Source of the DNA: an uncultured Verrucomicrobiae bacterium
GTDB taxonomy: Bacteria; Verrucomicrobiota; Verrucomicrobiia; Chthoniobacterales; UBA10450
Direction: 5' to 3'
Length of the DNA stretch: 64,000 nt
Assembly: GCA_963726745.1 (NCBI GenBank)
Contig: CAVSDR010000003.1
Span: 992,001-1,056,000, forward strand
Shown piece after piece: positions 1 to 9,862 of this stretch. A model generated the notes under the pieces. It saw nothing but the letters and a program-made list of their open reading frames with translations, did no database searches and had not been told where the DNA came from. Numbering within the stretch: position 1 is the stretch's first letter; every line of letters begins with the position of its first letter. A program made the translations under genes and the position numbers.

Positions 1-707
1 GCGCTTTGCTCGTGCGTGAAAGTGATGCTGCCACCGGTGGCCGCGGCGTATTGTGCGGCCTCGGCGATGACGCTCGGGTGCAATTCGAAGCCCGGCGGGT
101 GGGCCACGCGGATCTCACAGCCGCGCGCCGCGGCGGTCAGGAGAAAGCTATTCGGCACGGCTTTTGGCAGCGGTTTGATGTGTGGCGCCCAGGTGAGGGC
201 AACGGGCAGGCCGCGCGCGGCGCCGAAGTTTTCCTCGATCGTGAGCAGGTCGGCCAGACCCTGGCAGGGATGCTCGCGCGCGCTTTCCAGACTAACGACC
301 GGCACGGTCGCGAATTGCTCGAAGGCATGGAGGATGCGGTCGGCGTTGTCGTCGTCGTCGTTTTGGTTGGCGGCGAAAGTGCGCACGCCGAGCGCGTCGA
401 CGTAACGGCTGAGCACGGGGACCGCTTCCTTCAGATGCTCGGGGCGATCGGCGTTCATGATCGCGCCAACGCGATCCTCGACCTTCCAGGTGTCGCCGGT
501 GTCGAGCACGATGGCGTTGCCGCCGCCGCGGAGCATGACCGCCTCGAAGGAAGTGCGGGTGCGCAGCGAGGGATTGAAGAAAAGCAGGCCGAGGATCTTG
601 CCGGCTAAATTCTGCTGGTGCGGCTGGCCTTTCGCGGCCTGCGCTGCGGCCAGGAGCCGGTCGACGTTTTCCAGGCCGAGCCGGGCGATCGAGGTGGCGT
701 GCTGCAT
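1..707 (-). CDS. argF: N-acetylornithine carbamoyltransferase-type transcarbamylase (3' end outside window)
   Basis: Own translation from ATG 707: MQHATSIARLGLENVDRLL...FFNPSLRTRTSFE...HPCQGLAD...TWAPHIKPLPKAVPNS. SLRT and HPCQ motifs; follows argD and carB. Not in the ORF track because it runs off the window. Confidence 0.88.
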   Translation of the reverse strand, partial: MQHATSIARLGLENVDRLLAAAQAAKGQPHQQNLAGKILGLLFFNPSLRTRTSFEAVMLRGGGNAIVLDTGDTWKVEDRVGAIMNADRPEHLKEAVPVLSRYVDALGVRTFAANQNDDDDNADRILHAFEQFATVPVVSLESAREHPCQGLADLLTIEENFGAARGLPVALTWAPHIKPLPKAVPNSFLLTAAARGCEIRVAHPPGFELHPSVIAEAAQYAAATGGSITFTHEQS

Positions 708-713
708 GACTCG

Positions 714-1838
714 TTAGCCGAAGCGATGCACTTCCGCGGCGAGCGCAGCCATCGCGTCGTCACTCAGGTTCAAGGGCGGCATCAGCCGCAAAACCTCCGG
801 GTCGCTGCTGCCACCGACGAGGATGCAGTTCTCTTGCAGGTGTGCCTTCAGCTCCTTTGCCGCCCCCGGGACTTCGAGGCCGAGGAGCAAGCCGCTCCCG
901 CGCACCGCCTGCACGCAGGAACCGTCGAGCATTTGCCGGAGCTTCCGCTCGCAGGTGAGCGCGCGCTCCATCAATTGCTCCTGCTCGATCACCTCGAGCG
1001 TGGCCAGCAGGGCCGCGCAAGCCAGCGGTGAGCCGCCGAAAGTGCTGCCTAAATCGCCCTGCTTAAGCTGCGCCGCGATTGCTTCCGTCATCAGCAATGC
1101 GCCGATCGGCACACCGGAGGCGAGGCCTTTCGCGCTCGTGATCATGTCCGGCAGCACACCATGTTTGGTCGCTGCATACGGGAAACCCAGGCGGCCCACG
1201 CCGGTCTGGATCTCATCGAAGATCAAGAGCGTGCCGGCTGCACTCGTTAGGCGGCGGAGCTTCTCCAGGAAGCTGGTCGTCGCCGGTCGAATCCCGGACA
1301 TGCTCTGGATCGGCTCGAGCAGAACCGCGGCGACGGTGGCGAAATCGAAGGCGTCGAGCGCAGCTTCGTCGTTCCAGGGCAACTGCGTGCAAGGCGCAAG
1401 CAACGGCGCGTAAGGCGCGGAGATTTTCGGGTCGTCGGTCAGCGAAAGCGGGAGGGTGCCGCGGCCATGCCAGCCGCCGGCGAAGGCGGCGAAGCGATGG
1501 CGCCCGGTGATTTTGACGGCCACCTTGAGCGCGTTCTCGTTCGCTTCGCTGCCGCTATTGCAAAAAAAGACGCTCGCCATGCCGGCGAACCTAACGAGTG
1601 CTTCCGCGGCTTGATTCCGCACCGGCACTTCCGCGGCGGTGCTGTAGAATAAAAGCTCGTGCGCCTGCGCGCTGATCGCGTCGGCTATTTTCGGGTGCGC
1701 GTGCCCGGTGCTGCAGACGCAATGGCCGCCGTAAAAGTCGAAGTAGCGGCGGCCTTCCGCATCGAAAACGCAATCGCCTTTCCCGCGCACGAGCGGAAAC
1801 GGGTAGGGCGGGTAGGTCGGTAGGAGCGCGGCGCTCAA
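714..1838 (-). CDS. argD: acetylornithine aminotransferase (class III PLP enzyme)
   Basis: FCNSGSEANE, LIFDEIQTGVGR, SAKGLASGVP, GSTFGGSP motifs; start overlaps the carB stop. Confidence 0.9.
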   Translation of the reverse strand: MSAALLPTYPPYPFPLVRGKGDCVFDAEGRRYFDFYGGHCVCSTGHAHPKIADAISAQAHELLFYSTAAEVPVRNQAAEALVRFAGMASVFFCNSGSEANENALKVAVKITGRHRFAAFAGGWHGRGTLPLSLTDDPKISAPYAPLLAPCTQLPWNDEAALDAFDFATVAAVLLEPIQSMSGIRPATTSFLEKLRRLTSAAGTLLIFDEIQTGVGRLGFPYAATKHGVLPDMITSAKGLASGVPIGALLMTEAIAAQLKQGDLGSTFGGSPLACAALLATLEVIEQEQLMERALTCERKLRQMLDGSCVQAVRGSGLLLGLEVPGAAKELKAHLQENCILVGGSSDPEVLRLMPPLNLSDDAMAALAAEVHRFG

Positions 1839-4800
1839 GGATGATATTCCTGGAGGCTCTTCACGGTGATGCCGTGACTTTGCAGGGCGCGAATCCCGAC
1901 CACGCTGGCCTGGGCGGCGCGCATCGTGGTGATGATCGGGATCTTCGCGGTGCGCGCGCGGCTGCGCATGGTCAGCTCGTCTTCGCGCGGAATTTTGCCG
2001 CTCGGGGTGTTGATGATCAGCTGGACGTCGCCGTTCATGATCCGATCGAGCACGTGCGGCCGACCTTCGCGCAGCTTGAAAACGCGCGTCACCGGCAGGC
2101 CGGCTTCGCTCAAGGTATCGGCGGTGCCGCTGGTCGCGATGATCCCGAAGCCTAACGAGAGGTAATCCCGCGCCAGCGGGACGACGCGCTGCTTGTCGGT
2201 GTCTTTCACGCTGATGAAAACGTTGCCTGTTTTCGGGAGCGGCGGCGGCGCGGCCATCTGCGACTTCGCGTAGGCGCGGCCGAGGTCGACGTCGATGCCC
2301 ATGACTTCGCCGGTGGATTTCATCTCCGGGCCGAGGGCGGTGTCGCTCCCGAGATAACGCAGGAACGGGAAGACCGGCTCCTTGACCGAGAAATGTTTCG
2401 GCAAAATCTCTGCGGTAAAACCGAGCGTGCTCAGCTTTTCGCCGGCCATGACTTTGGCCGCGAGCTTGGCCAGCGGAACGCCGATCGCCTTGCTCACGAA
2501 CGGGACCGTGCGCGAGGCGCGCGGGTTGACCTCGAGCACGTAGAGGTCGTCGCCTTTGACGGCGAACTGCACGTTCATCAGGCCGCGCACTTCGAGCTCA
2601 CGCGCCATCGCTTTCGTCGCGGTGGAGATTTCAGCCAGCACTTTGTCGGGGAGCGAAAACGTCGGGATGGCGCAGGCGCTGTCGCCGCTGTGAATGCCGG
2701 CGAGCTGGACGTGTTCCATGATCGCGCCGATGACCGCGGTCTCGCCGTCGGCAATGCAATCCACATCCACCTCGACCGCGTCCTCGAGGAAGCGGTCGAC
2801 CAGAATAGGCCGGTCGGGGCTGACCTCGATCGCCGTCTGCATGTAGCGCGCGAGATCGGTGTCGTTGTAGACCAGCTCCATCGCCCGTCCGCCAAGGACA
2901 AACGATGGCCTAACGAGCACTGGATAGCCGACACGCTGCGGCGATCGCAAGCGCTTCCTCCGCGCTGACTGCGGTGCCGCTGGGCGTTTGCCGCAGGCCG
3001 AGCTTGTCGAGCATGGCGGCGAAAAGCTTGCGGTCTTCCGCTTTCTCGATGCTCTCGGGTTGCGTGCCGAGAATGGGGACGCCGGCCGCGCGCAGGCCGG
3101 CGGCGAGGTTGAGCGGAGTTTGTCCGCCGAACTGCACGATCACGCCCTCGGGTTGTTCCTGGTCGTAAATGTTGAGCACGTCTTCGAGCGTGAGCGGCTC
3201 GAAGTAGAGTTTGTCGCTGGTGTCGTAATCGGTCGAAACGGTCTCGGGATTCGAGTTCACCATGATCGTCTCGAAGCCGAGCTCGCGGAGCGCGAAGGCG
3301 GCGTGCACGCAGCAGTAATCGAACTCGATGCCCTGGCCGACGCGATTCGGGCCGCCGCCGAGGATCATAATCTTCCGGCGATCGCTCCGACGCATCTCGT
3401 TCTCGGTCCCGTAGGTCGAGTAGTAGTAGGGAGTAAAAGCTTCGAATTCCGCCGCGCAGGTGTCGACCAGGCGGTAAGTCGGGATCACGCCTAACGACTT
3501 ACGAAGGTCGCGGATCGCGGACTCCGATGGAATTCCAGGCGACCGCGAGCTGGCGATCGGAGAAGCCGAGCTTCTTCGCGCGGCGGAGGGTGTGGAGGTC
3601 AGGCTTCCAGCCTGACTCGGCGAGCAGGCTTCCAGCCTGCTCATCTCCTAACTGCAAAACGGCCGCATCACGTAGAACAAACGAACCGGACGCCAATCCG
3701 GCCAGATCGGGATTCCGCCGGATATATTCCCGCGAAGCCGCCAGATGCGCTGCGTCGTGGACAATCGTGTCGAAGCTCTCAGCCATCCAAACCGGTCCGG
3801 CATGCTGCAAGTCGCGGTTGAGTGCATTGGCAGTGAAGGATTTCCAGGAATGCAGTATCTCGCCGAGGGTCCGTCCCTCGTTAGGCCGGACGAGAACATG
3901 CACGTGGTTAGGCATGACCACGAAGGCGTCGAGCGCGTAGCGTTCGCCGTCGAAATGCTCGAGCGCTTCCGCGACAACCTTGGCGGCAGCCGGTTGCGCG
4001 AGCAGGCAGCTGCCATGGCCGCGGTCGAGCCATTCCTCGCGGTTTTCTTCGCAGAGGCGGAGGTATGAGCGGGCGGTTTGCCAATCCCATGGCTGAGGGT
4101 GCGCAGCCACGAATCGCTCGGTTTCCTCGCGCCACTGCTCGAGGACTTCTGCCGGGACAGAGTCGGCCAGGCGGAAAGTGACGAAGTAGGTCGCGCCGGG
4201 TTGTTCCCAGTGGGGGAGATGGCGGCGGGTTTGGTGGATTGCGGCTTGTGGGTCCAGGCCCTGGAAGATTGGTGGCTCTTTGCGACGGGCTGGAAGCCCG
4301 TCGGCCGAGTCAGCCTGGAAGCCTGACTTCCGGGCTTGTGGCAGGTCCGCGGCAGCTTCCACGATTTGGCGGATGTTGTGCAGGAACCACGGGTCGATTT
4401 TCGTCAGCTGGTGGATTTCTTCGGTCGTTAGGCCGTCCTGGAAGGCTTGGGCGACGTAGAAAATGCGCTCGGCGTTCGGGACGGCGAGCTTCAGGCGGAG
4501 CGCCTCGGGGTCGACGCGTTTTTCGGCGCCGTCGGCGCAGAGGCCAAAACGTTTGATCTCAAGCGAGCGCAATGCTTTTTGTAGCGCTTCCTTGAAGGTG
4601 CGGCCGATGGCCATGGCTTCGCCGACGCTTTTCATTTGCGTGGTGAGCGTCGCGTCTGCTTGCGGAAATTTTTCGAAGGTGAAGCGCGGGATTTTGACCA
4701 CGCAATAATCGATCGTCGGCTCGAAGCTCGCCGGCGTCTCGCGGGTGATGTCGTTGCGGATTTCGTCGAGGGTGTAGCCGACCGCGAGCTTGGCCGCGAT

Positions 4801-5766
4801 CTTAGCAATCGGGAAACCGGTGGCCTTGGAAGCGAGCGCGCTCGAGCGGGAAACGCGCGGATTCATCTCGATGACGCACATCCGGCCGTTCTGCGGATTG
4901 ACAGCAAATTGAATGTTCGAGCCGCCGGTCTCGACGCCGATCTCGCGGATGACCGCGAAGGAAGCGTCGCGCATGAGCTGGTACTCGCGGTCGCTTAAAG
5001 TCTGCGTGGGCGCGACGGTGATGGAGTCGCCGGTGTGCACGCCCATCGGATCGACGTTCTCGATCGCGCAAATGACCACGCAGTTGTCCGCGCAGTCGCG
5101 CATCACCTCCATCTCAAATTCCTTCCAGCCGACAAGCGATTCCTCGATCAGGACCTCGCTCACGGGGGAAAGCTCGAGGCCGAGGCCGGCGATCTGGTCG
5201 AGTTCCTCGCGGTTGTAGGCAATGCCGCCGCCGCGTCCGCCGAGGGTGAAGGCCGGGCGGATGATGAGCGGGAAGGTGCCGATGTTGTCGGCAATTGTCG
5301 AGAGCTCGCCTAACGAGTGCGCGACTCCGGAGCGCGGGACGTCGAGTCCGATGCGGAGCATGGCTTCCTTGAAGAGCTGGCGATCTTCGCCCTTGGCGAT
5401 GGCCTGGGCATTCGCGCCGATGAGCTTCACGCCGTGGCGCGCGAGCGCGCCGTTGCGATTCAATTCCATCGCGGCATTGAGCGCGGTCTGGCCACCCATC
5501 GTCGGGAGGATCGCGTCCGGCTTCTCGCGTTCCATGATCGCCTCGATCACCTCGGGAGTGATTGGCTCGATGTAGGTCCGGTCGGCAAATTCCGGATCGG
5601 TCATGATCGTGGCCGGGTTCGAATTAACCAGCACCACCTGGTAGCCCTCCTCGCGCAACGCCTTGCAGGCTTGCACCCCGGAATAATCGAACTCGCACCC
5701 TTGGCCAATGACGATCGGGCCGGAACCGATAAGGAGGATTTTCTTGAGCTCGTTGTTGCGCGGCAT
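1835..5766 (-). CDS. carB: carbamoyl-phosphate synthase large subunit, with in-frame transposase/REP insertion and two apparent single-base frameshifts (~3525, ~2937)
   Basis: [76 protein letters not shown] and a C-terminal MGS domain, spread over ORFs 3499-5844, 2910-3644 and 1835-2950. Confidence 0.95.
3594..3642 (+). repeat. REP-like double hairpin (left end of element)
   Basis: GGAG-GTCAGGCT-tcc-AGCCTGAC-tcggc-GAGCAGGCT-tcc-AGCCTGCTC: two perfect stems with 3-nt loops. Confidence 0.9.
4283..4331 (-). repeat. REP-like double hairpin (right end, inverted copy)
   Basis: Reverse complement GGAAGTCAGGCT-tcc-AGGCTGAC-tcggc-CGACGGGCT-tcc-AGCCCGTCG aligns without gaps to 3594-3642. Confidence 0.9.
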
Positions 5767-5874
5767 CGGCGCGCGAACATTAGACGAAAAGGTTGGCGCG
5801 TCACGAAGGAATGCTTCGCTGGGCGAGATGCCCAGGAGGCCCACAGGCGGAACGCCTGGGCGACACGGCCGACG

Positions 5875-6345
5875 CTACGCGGCGGCAGCGGCGCGGCGCT
5901 GGCGGTCGAGGTAGACCTTACAAATTCCCTTCATCCGCGTGAGGATGTAATAGGTCGTTTGGCTGCGCACGCGCACGAGCTCCGCACCGACGATGCGGGT
6001 GACGAAGTCGCTGGGTAAATCGATGATCTCCTGCGGCGTGGCGCCATCGAGGCCCTTGCACAAAATGGAGGCCATCGCGCGGGTGAGCGTTTGCACTTCC
6101 GGGCCGAGGGTCATGCGGAAGTGCGCGCGGCCTTCGTCGTCCACCTGCAGGTAAACGCCCACGGTATCGGCGCATTCCTCGTCCTTGCGCACGTCTTCCA
6201 GCTGGAAAGTTTCGCCCGCGCGCGGCTCCTGTTTGCGCGCGCTGTCGGCATAGGAAACGAGGGTCTCGCGGCGCTCCACTTCCGGCAACATCTCGAAGAG
6301 GTGGATGATCTGGTCGAGCTTCGGCGGATACATCGGTTTACTCAT
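5875..6345 (-). CDS. SufE family Fe-S sulfur-acceptor protein
   Basis: YPPKLDQIIHLFE...DEECADTV...ILCKGLDGATPQEIIDLP...RVRSQT. Confidence 0.7.
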   Translation of the reverse strand: MSKPMYPPKLDQIIHLFEMLPEVERRETLVSYADSARKQEPRAGETFQLEDVRKDEECADTVGVYLQVDDEGRAHFRMTLGPEVQTLTRAMASILCKGLDGATPQEIIDLPSDFVTRIVGAELVRVRSQTTYYILTRMKGICKVYLDRQRRAAAAA

Positions 6346-7103
6346 GCACGCCGCTCCGGCGCGGACAAGTGCCGCACAAATTCCCCGACCAGTGGAAAGT
6401 GATCCGAGGCGACACACGCGAGGGCAGTGCGATGGACCTCGAGCGAGACCGGATGGAGCGCGGCATTGGTGAAAATGTGGTCCACCGCCAGAGTTGGCCA
6501 TCTCGTCGGATAAGTCCGGCGCGGGTGCGGCGAGGGCAACAAGGCCCGCGCTTCGCGCAAAGTGCTGGCAAAAATCTGGTGGATGCGCGAACCGGGCCGG
6601 CTATTGAAATCGCCCATCAGGAGAAGCGGCTCATCTGTGGGAGCGGCCCCGAGATGCTCGGTTTTGACCAGCGCTTGCGCCTGGAGAAGACGCTCCGACA
6701 GCCCGAGGCCGAAGTGGGTATTGATCGTCTGCACGCGCCCGATTTCCGTCTCCACCTCGGCCCAAAGCGCGACCCGCTGCTCGCGGCAATACCAGGTGCC
6801 GCAGCCAGGCAATTCAATCGAGCGCGCATGCGTGAGCGGGAAGCGGCTGATGACTGCATTGCCATACTGTTCCTCCGCGCGGCGCATCGCCGGCTCGAAG
6901 AGAAATTGCCAGCCGAGCTCGGCCGCGATCGCCTGCGCCTGGTCGACGCCCGCCGAGCGCGCCCGGCCGAGGTCGAGTTCCTGCAAACCGACCAGATCCA
7001 CCTGCATGCTCGCAATCACTTCCGCGATGCGCTTCTCCGAGCGCTGGCGGTCGATCCCGACACAGCCATGCACATTGTAGGTGGCGACGCGGAGCCCGGG
7101 CAT
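6342..7103 (-). CDS. endonuclease/exonuclease/phosphatase family protein
   Basis: ATYNVH, GLQE, NTHFG, GDFNS, VDHIF, SDHFP motifs; adjacent to a cardiolipin synthase-like gene (ybhP-clsB-like pairing). Confidence 0.85.
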   Translation of the reverse strand: MPGLRVATYNVHGCVGIDRQRSEKRIAEVIASMQVDLVGLQELDLGRARSAGVDQAQAIAAELGWQFLFEPAMRRAEEQYGNAVISRFPLTHARSIELPGCGTWYCREQRVALWAEVETEIGRVQTINTHFGLGLSERLLQAQALVKTEHLGAAPTDEPLLLMGDFNSRPGSRIHQIFASTLREARALLPSPHPRRTYPTRWPTLAVDHIFTNAALHPVSLEVHRTALACVASDHFPLVGEFVRHLSAPERRA

Positions 7104-7106
7104 GGT

Positions 7107-8411
7107 TCAGAGTTGCGGGCGCAAGGGGAGCGCGAGCCGCCCACGCCACTTGTCCTTCCACGGGCGTTGCCGCCAATCCGCGAGCGTGACTTCGCGTGAG
7201 TGGCTTTTGTCCTCCTCGAAAACACGCGTGTGCCGGCGCACGAAGTCGCGGCCCAGGACGTTGAGATTCGCCTCTTCGTTCAGCGAGAGGGAGCGGTTGT
7301 CGAGATTGGCCGAGCCGACCGAAGCCCAGACGTCGTCGACCAGGAGATACTTGCAGTGGAAGCGCGCCGGCAGGTATTCGAAGAAACGCGCGCCCGCCTC
7401 GAGCAACGGACCCCAGAGCGTCTGCCCGACGGCGCGCACGGTCTTCGCGTCAATGTCCGGGCCGGGGGTAATGATCTCGACCTTCACGCCGCGCTCGAGC
7501 GCCTGCAGCAACGTGTCGAGGCAAAGCTGATCGGGAATAAAGTAGGCGTTGGCGATCCGGATGGTGTGCCGCGCGGAGGCGATCGAGACCAGCAACATCA
7601 GGCGCGCGCTCGCGGAGCCTTCGCCGGCGGAACTCTTGAAGACCTGGCAACGGTCGTCGCCCGCCACCTCGAGCGCGGGAAAATAGTCGTCGCCATGGAG
7701 AAGCTCGGCGCGCGTCTGCAGCCAGTTATCCATGAAGGCCTGCTGCATCTGGCCGACCGCGGGACCTTCGAGTTCGTAATGCGAATCGCGCCAAAGATGT
7801 TTCGTGCGGCCGTCGCCCCGCCAATCGTCCGCGATCCCGGTGCCGCCGATGTAGCCATGCCGGCCATCGACGATCAGGAGCTTGCGGTGCGTGCGGAAAT
7901 TCATCGTTAGGCCGATGAAGCGAAAGACCTCGAGCTGCACCGGCGAAGCGCGGATGCGGTTCATCGCGCGCGCGTGCAGCCCATCGCAGCCGAGCGCGTC
8001 CTGCAGGAAATGCACCTTCACCCCGGCCTCGGCCCGCTCCACCAAAGCGTCGGCAAACGCCTCCGCGATTTCGCCTTCCCGCCAGAGGAAATTCTCGAAG
8101 CAAACCGTGCGCTCAGCGCTGCGGATGGCGGCCAGCATGGCCGGGAAAATTTGGTCGCCATTTTCCAGCGGGAGCACGCGGTTCCCGTCGAGCAACGGCG
8201 GCCCGAGCATCTGCCCCATGGTCCGGGCAAAGACTTCGTCGCCCGCGTCGTAATCCGCCTCGATCCGGTGGCCGACCTTCTTCTCGTTAGGGAAAAAATT
8301 CCGCGCGATCAGGAGCGAGGCCAGGCCGCCGGCCGCGGCCGCCGCCAGGAGCCGGGGCCATTGCGCTTCGTCGCCGGGAGCATCGTGCCACTTCACTCTC
8401 TCTATTCGCAT
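7107..8411 (-). CDS. phospholipase D family, cardiolipin synthase ClsB-like
   Basis: Two HKD motifs (RTHRKLLIVD, FHCKYLLVD), GSANLDNRS. Confidence 0.85.
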   Translation of the reverse strand: MRIERVKWHDAPGDEAQWPRLLAAAAAGGLASLLIARNFFPNEKKVGHRIEADYDAGDEVFARTMGQMLGPPLLDGNRVLPLENGDQIFPAMLAAIRSAERTVCFENFLWREGEIAEAFADALVERAEAGVKVHFLQDALGCDGLHARAMNRIRASPVQLEVFRFIGLTMNFRTHRKLLIVDGRHGYIGGTGIADDWRGDGRTKHLWRDSHYELEGPAVGQMQQAFMDNWLQTRAELLHGDDYFPALEVAGDDRCQVFKSSAGEGSASARLMLLVSIASARHTIRIANAYFIPDQLCLDTLLQALERGVKVEIITPGPDIDAKTVRAVGQTLWGPLLEAGARFFEYLPARFHCKYLLVDDVWASVGSANLDNRSLSLNEEANLNVLGRDFVRRHTRVFEEDKSHSREVTLADWRQRPWKDKWRGRLALPLRPQL

Positions 8412-8450
8412 CTCTCGGGCGCGACGCGCCCTTCCCCGTGATCTCGCTGC

Positions 8451-9290
8451 CTAACGAACGGGCGGCGGCGTCGGCTGCTGGTTCGCCTTTGCCGGTGGCG
8501 TGCGTCCCGGCGGCCGCTGGCCGCGCCCGGGCGGATTGCGTCCCGTGCCGCCGCCGCTGCCGCCGCCGAGATTGATCGAGGGCAAGCCGAGCCCGCCGAG
8601 GCCGGAGAGGATGGGGCCAACGCCGCCACCGGAGACCTGCGTCCCTTGGTAGACCGGCTCGTTGTGCGCCGCCTCCGCGATCAGGTCGCGGCTGGGCAAC
8701 GGCGCGAATCCCACGATCAACGGATGCGTCTGCATGAGCTGGTCGAGGTCGATCTTGACCGGCTGCCCGAGCGTGGTCGCGCCCGCGGGCACCTCGAGCA
8801 TCTGGCCACCGCGCAGGTCGCGCGTTTGCGCCGGGACCTTGCGGAGGGAAAGACGCGCGTTGCCCTCGAGGACAATCAGCCGGCTGCGTCCGCCGCGGCT
8901 GCTTTCGAGGATCAAGGTGGTTCCCGTAACGGCGACGCTCACGGCGTTCCCGCGCACGCTCGCGCCGCCGGTGTTTTTCGGCACGCGCAAGAGGATGGAA
9001 CCGCTCTCCAGCTCCACGCTGCGGCCGCCGCGGGAATGGGTGTAGATCGTGTTCTCGCCCAGGCGGGTGAGCGTGAGATCGCGGAAGGTGAGCTCGGATT
9101 TCGAGCGCTCGCCGGTGCGGACCGCAGTCGTCTCGTCCACGACCGCATCGAGTTTCGCCGGCTGGGGCTTGCTCTCGTTAGGCAGCAAGTTCACTTCGCG
9201 GACGATGCGGGTGACGCGGGCCTCCTTCCCGGCGGCCAGGAGGACCGTCGGCAGCGCGAGAAAAAGGAGAAGGCAGGCGCGGCCGCTCAC
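8451..9290 (-). CDS. secreted FecR-domain protein with Gly/Pro-rich tail
   Basis: Signal-like N-terminus; VRTGERSKSELTF..TRLGENT...AVTGT pattern; GTG start inferred. Confidence 0.7.
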   Translation of the reverse strand: MSGRACLLLFLALPTVLLAAGKEARVTRIVREVNLLPNESKPQPAKLDAVVDETTAVRTGERSKSELTFRDLTLTRLGENTIYTHSRGGRSVELESGSILLRVPKNTGGASVRGNAVSVAVTGTTLILESSRGGRSRLIVLEGNARLSLRKVPAQTRDLRGGQMLEVPAGATTLGQPVKIDLDQLMQTHPLIVGFAPLPSRDLIAEAAHNEPVYQGTQVSGGGVGPILSGLGGLGLPSINLGGGSGGGTGRNPPGRGQRPPGRTPPAKANQQPTPPPVR

Positions 9291-9372
9291 TCCGTGATTC
9301 TCGGAAACGCGCGCGCGGAAGTCGAGCTTCCTTCTCGACCAGCGGCGCGCTTTCGTGCTCATTGGCGCCGGC

Positions 9373-9813
9373 ATGAACGCGCATTTTTGGCAGACCAACC
9401 AAACCCTCTTCGATCTCGCCTTGCTCCTCTTCCGGCTCGCCCTTGGGATTTGTTTCGTGGTCCACGGCCTGGGCAAACTCGGGGTGGTCGGGCCCGGGAG
9501 TATGAGCGGCTTCACCGGCTGGCTGCAGTCGCTCGGCTTCCCCATGCCGGCGCTGCAGGCACGGGTCGCGATGCTCTCGGAGTTAATCGGCGGTGCCTTT
9601 ATCGCGGCCGGTTTCCTGACCAGGTTGTCGGCTATTTTCGTTTGCGTGGCGATGGCGGTAGCGGCGGCCGTGGGGCACAAGGGCGGCGGCTATTTGATCA
9701 CCAATACGCCGCCCGGGAACGAGTATGCGCTCAATCTCGCGCTGCTCATGATCGTGCTTCTGCTCCTGGGGCCCGGGAGCCTCTCGCTCGATGCGCTCCT
9801 TTTCACTCGTTAG
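9373..9813 (+). CDS. DoxX family membrane protein
   Basis: LLLFRLALG..FVVHGLGK, ELIGG..GFLTR, EYAL, GPGSLSLD. Confidence 0.88.
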   Translation: MNAHFWQTNQTLFDLALLLFRLALGICFVVHGLGKLGVVGPGSMSGFTGWLQSLGFPMPALQARVAMLSELIGGAFIAAGFLTRLSAIFVCVAMAVAAAVGHKGGGYLITNTPPGNEYALNLALLMIVLLLLGPGSLSLDALLFTR

Positions 9814-9862
9814 GCGGCGCGGGTTTGCGTTCGCCGGTCGCCTTGCGTAGCAGTCCCTCGCT

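Larger units (their letters stand above)
3594..4331 (-). mobile_element. REP-flanked HUH/Y1 tyrosine transposase (RAYT-like) unit inserted in frame in carB
   Basis: RRHLPHW...[28 protein letters not shown] (HUH), [21 protein letters not shown] (candidate catalytic Tyr); bounded by inverted 49-bp repeats; 738 bp = 246 codons with no stop in the carB frame. Confidence 0.9.

Noticed and set aside
3594..4331. Intein or group I/II intron in carB
   Set aside because: No Cys/Ser start, His-Asn end, LAGLIDADG or RT motifs; the insert is an HUH domain with REP-like ends
3594..4331. Classical DDE insertion sequence with terminal inverted repeats
   Set aside because: No DDE motif and no evident target-site duplication; ends are hairpin REPs typical of HUH elements
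3499..5766. A naturally split carB making an N-half CarB-transposase fusion that ends at 3499
   Set aside because: The break is a one-base shift with continuous CarB homology on both sides, no good restart, and another such shift at ~2937; likely error, though not excluded
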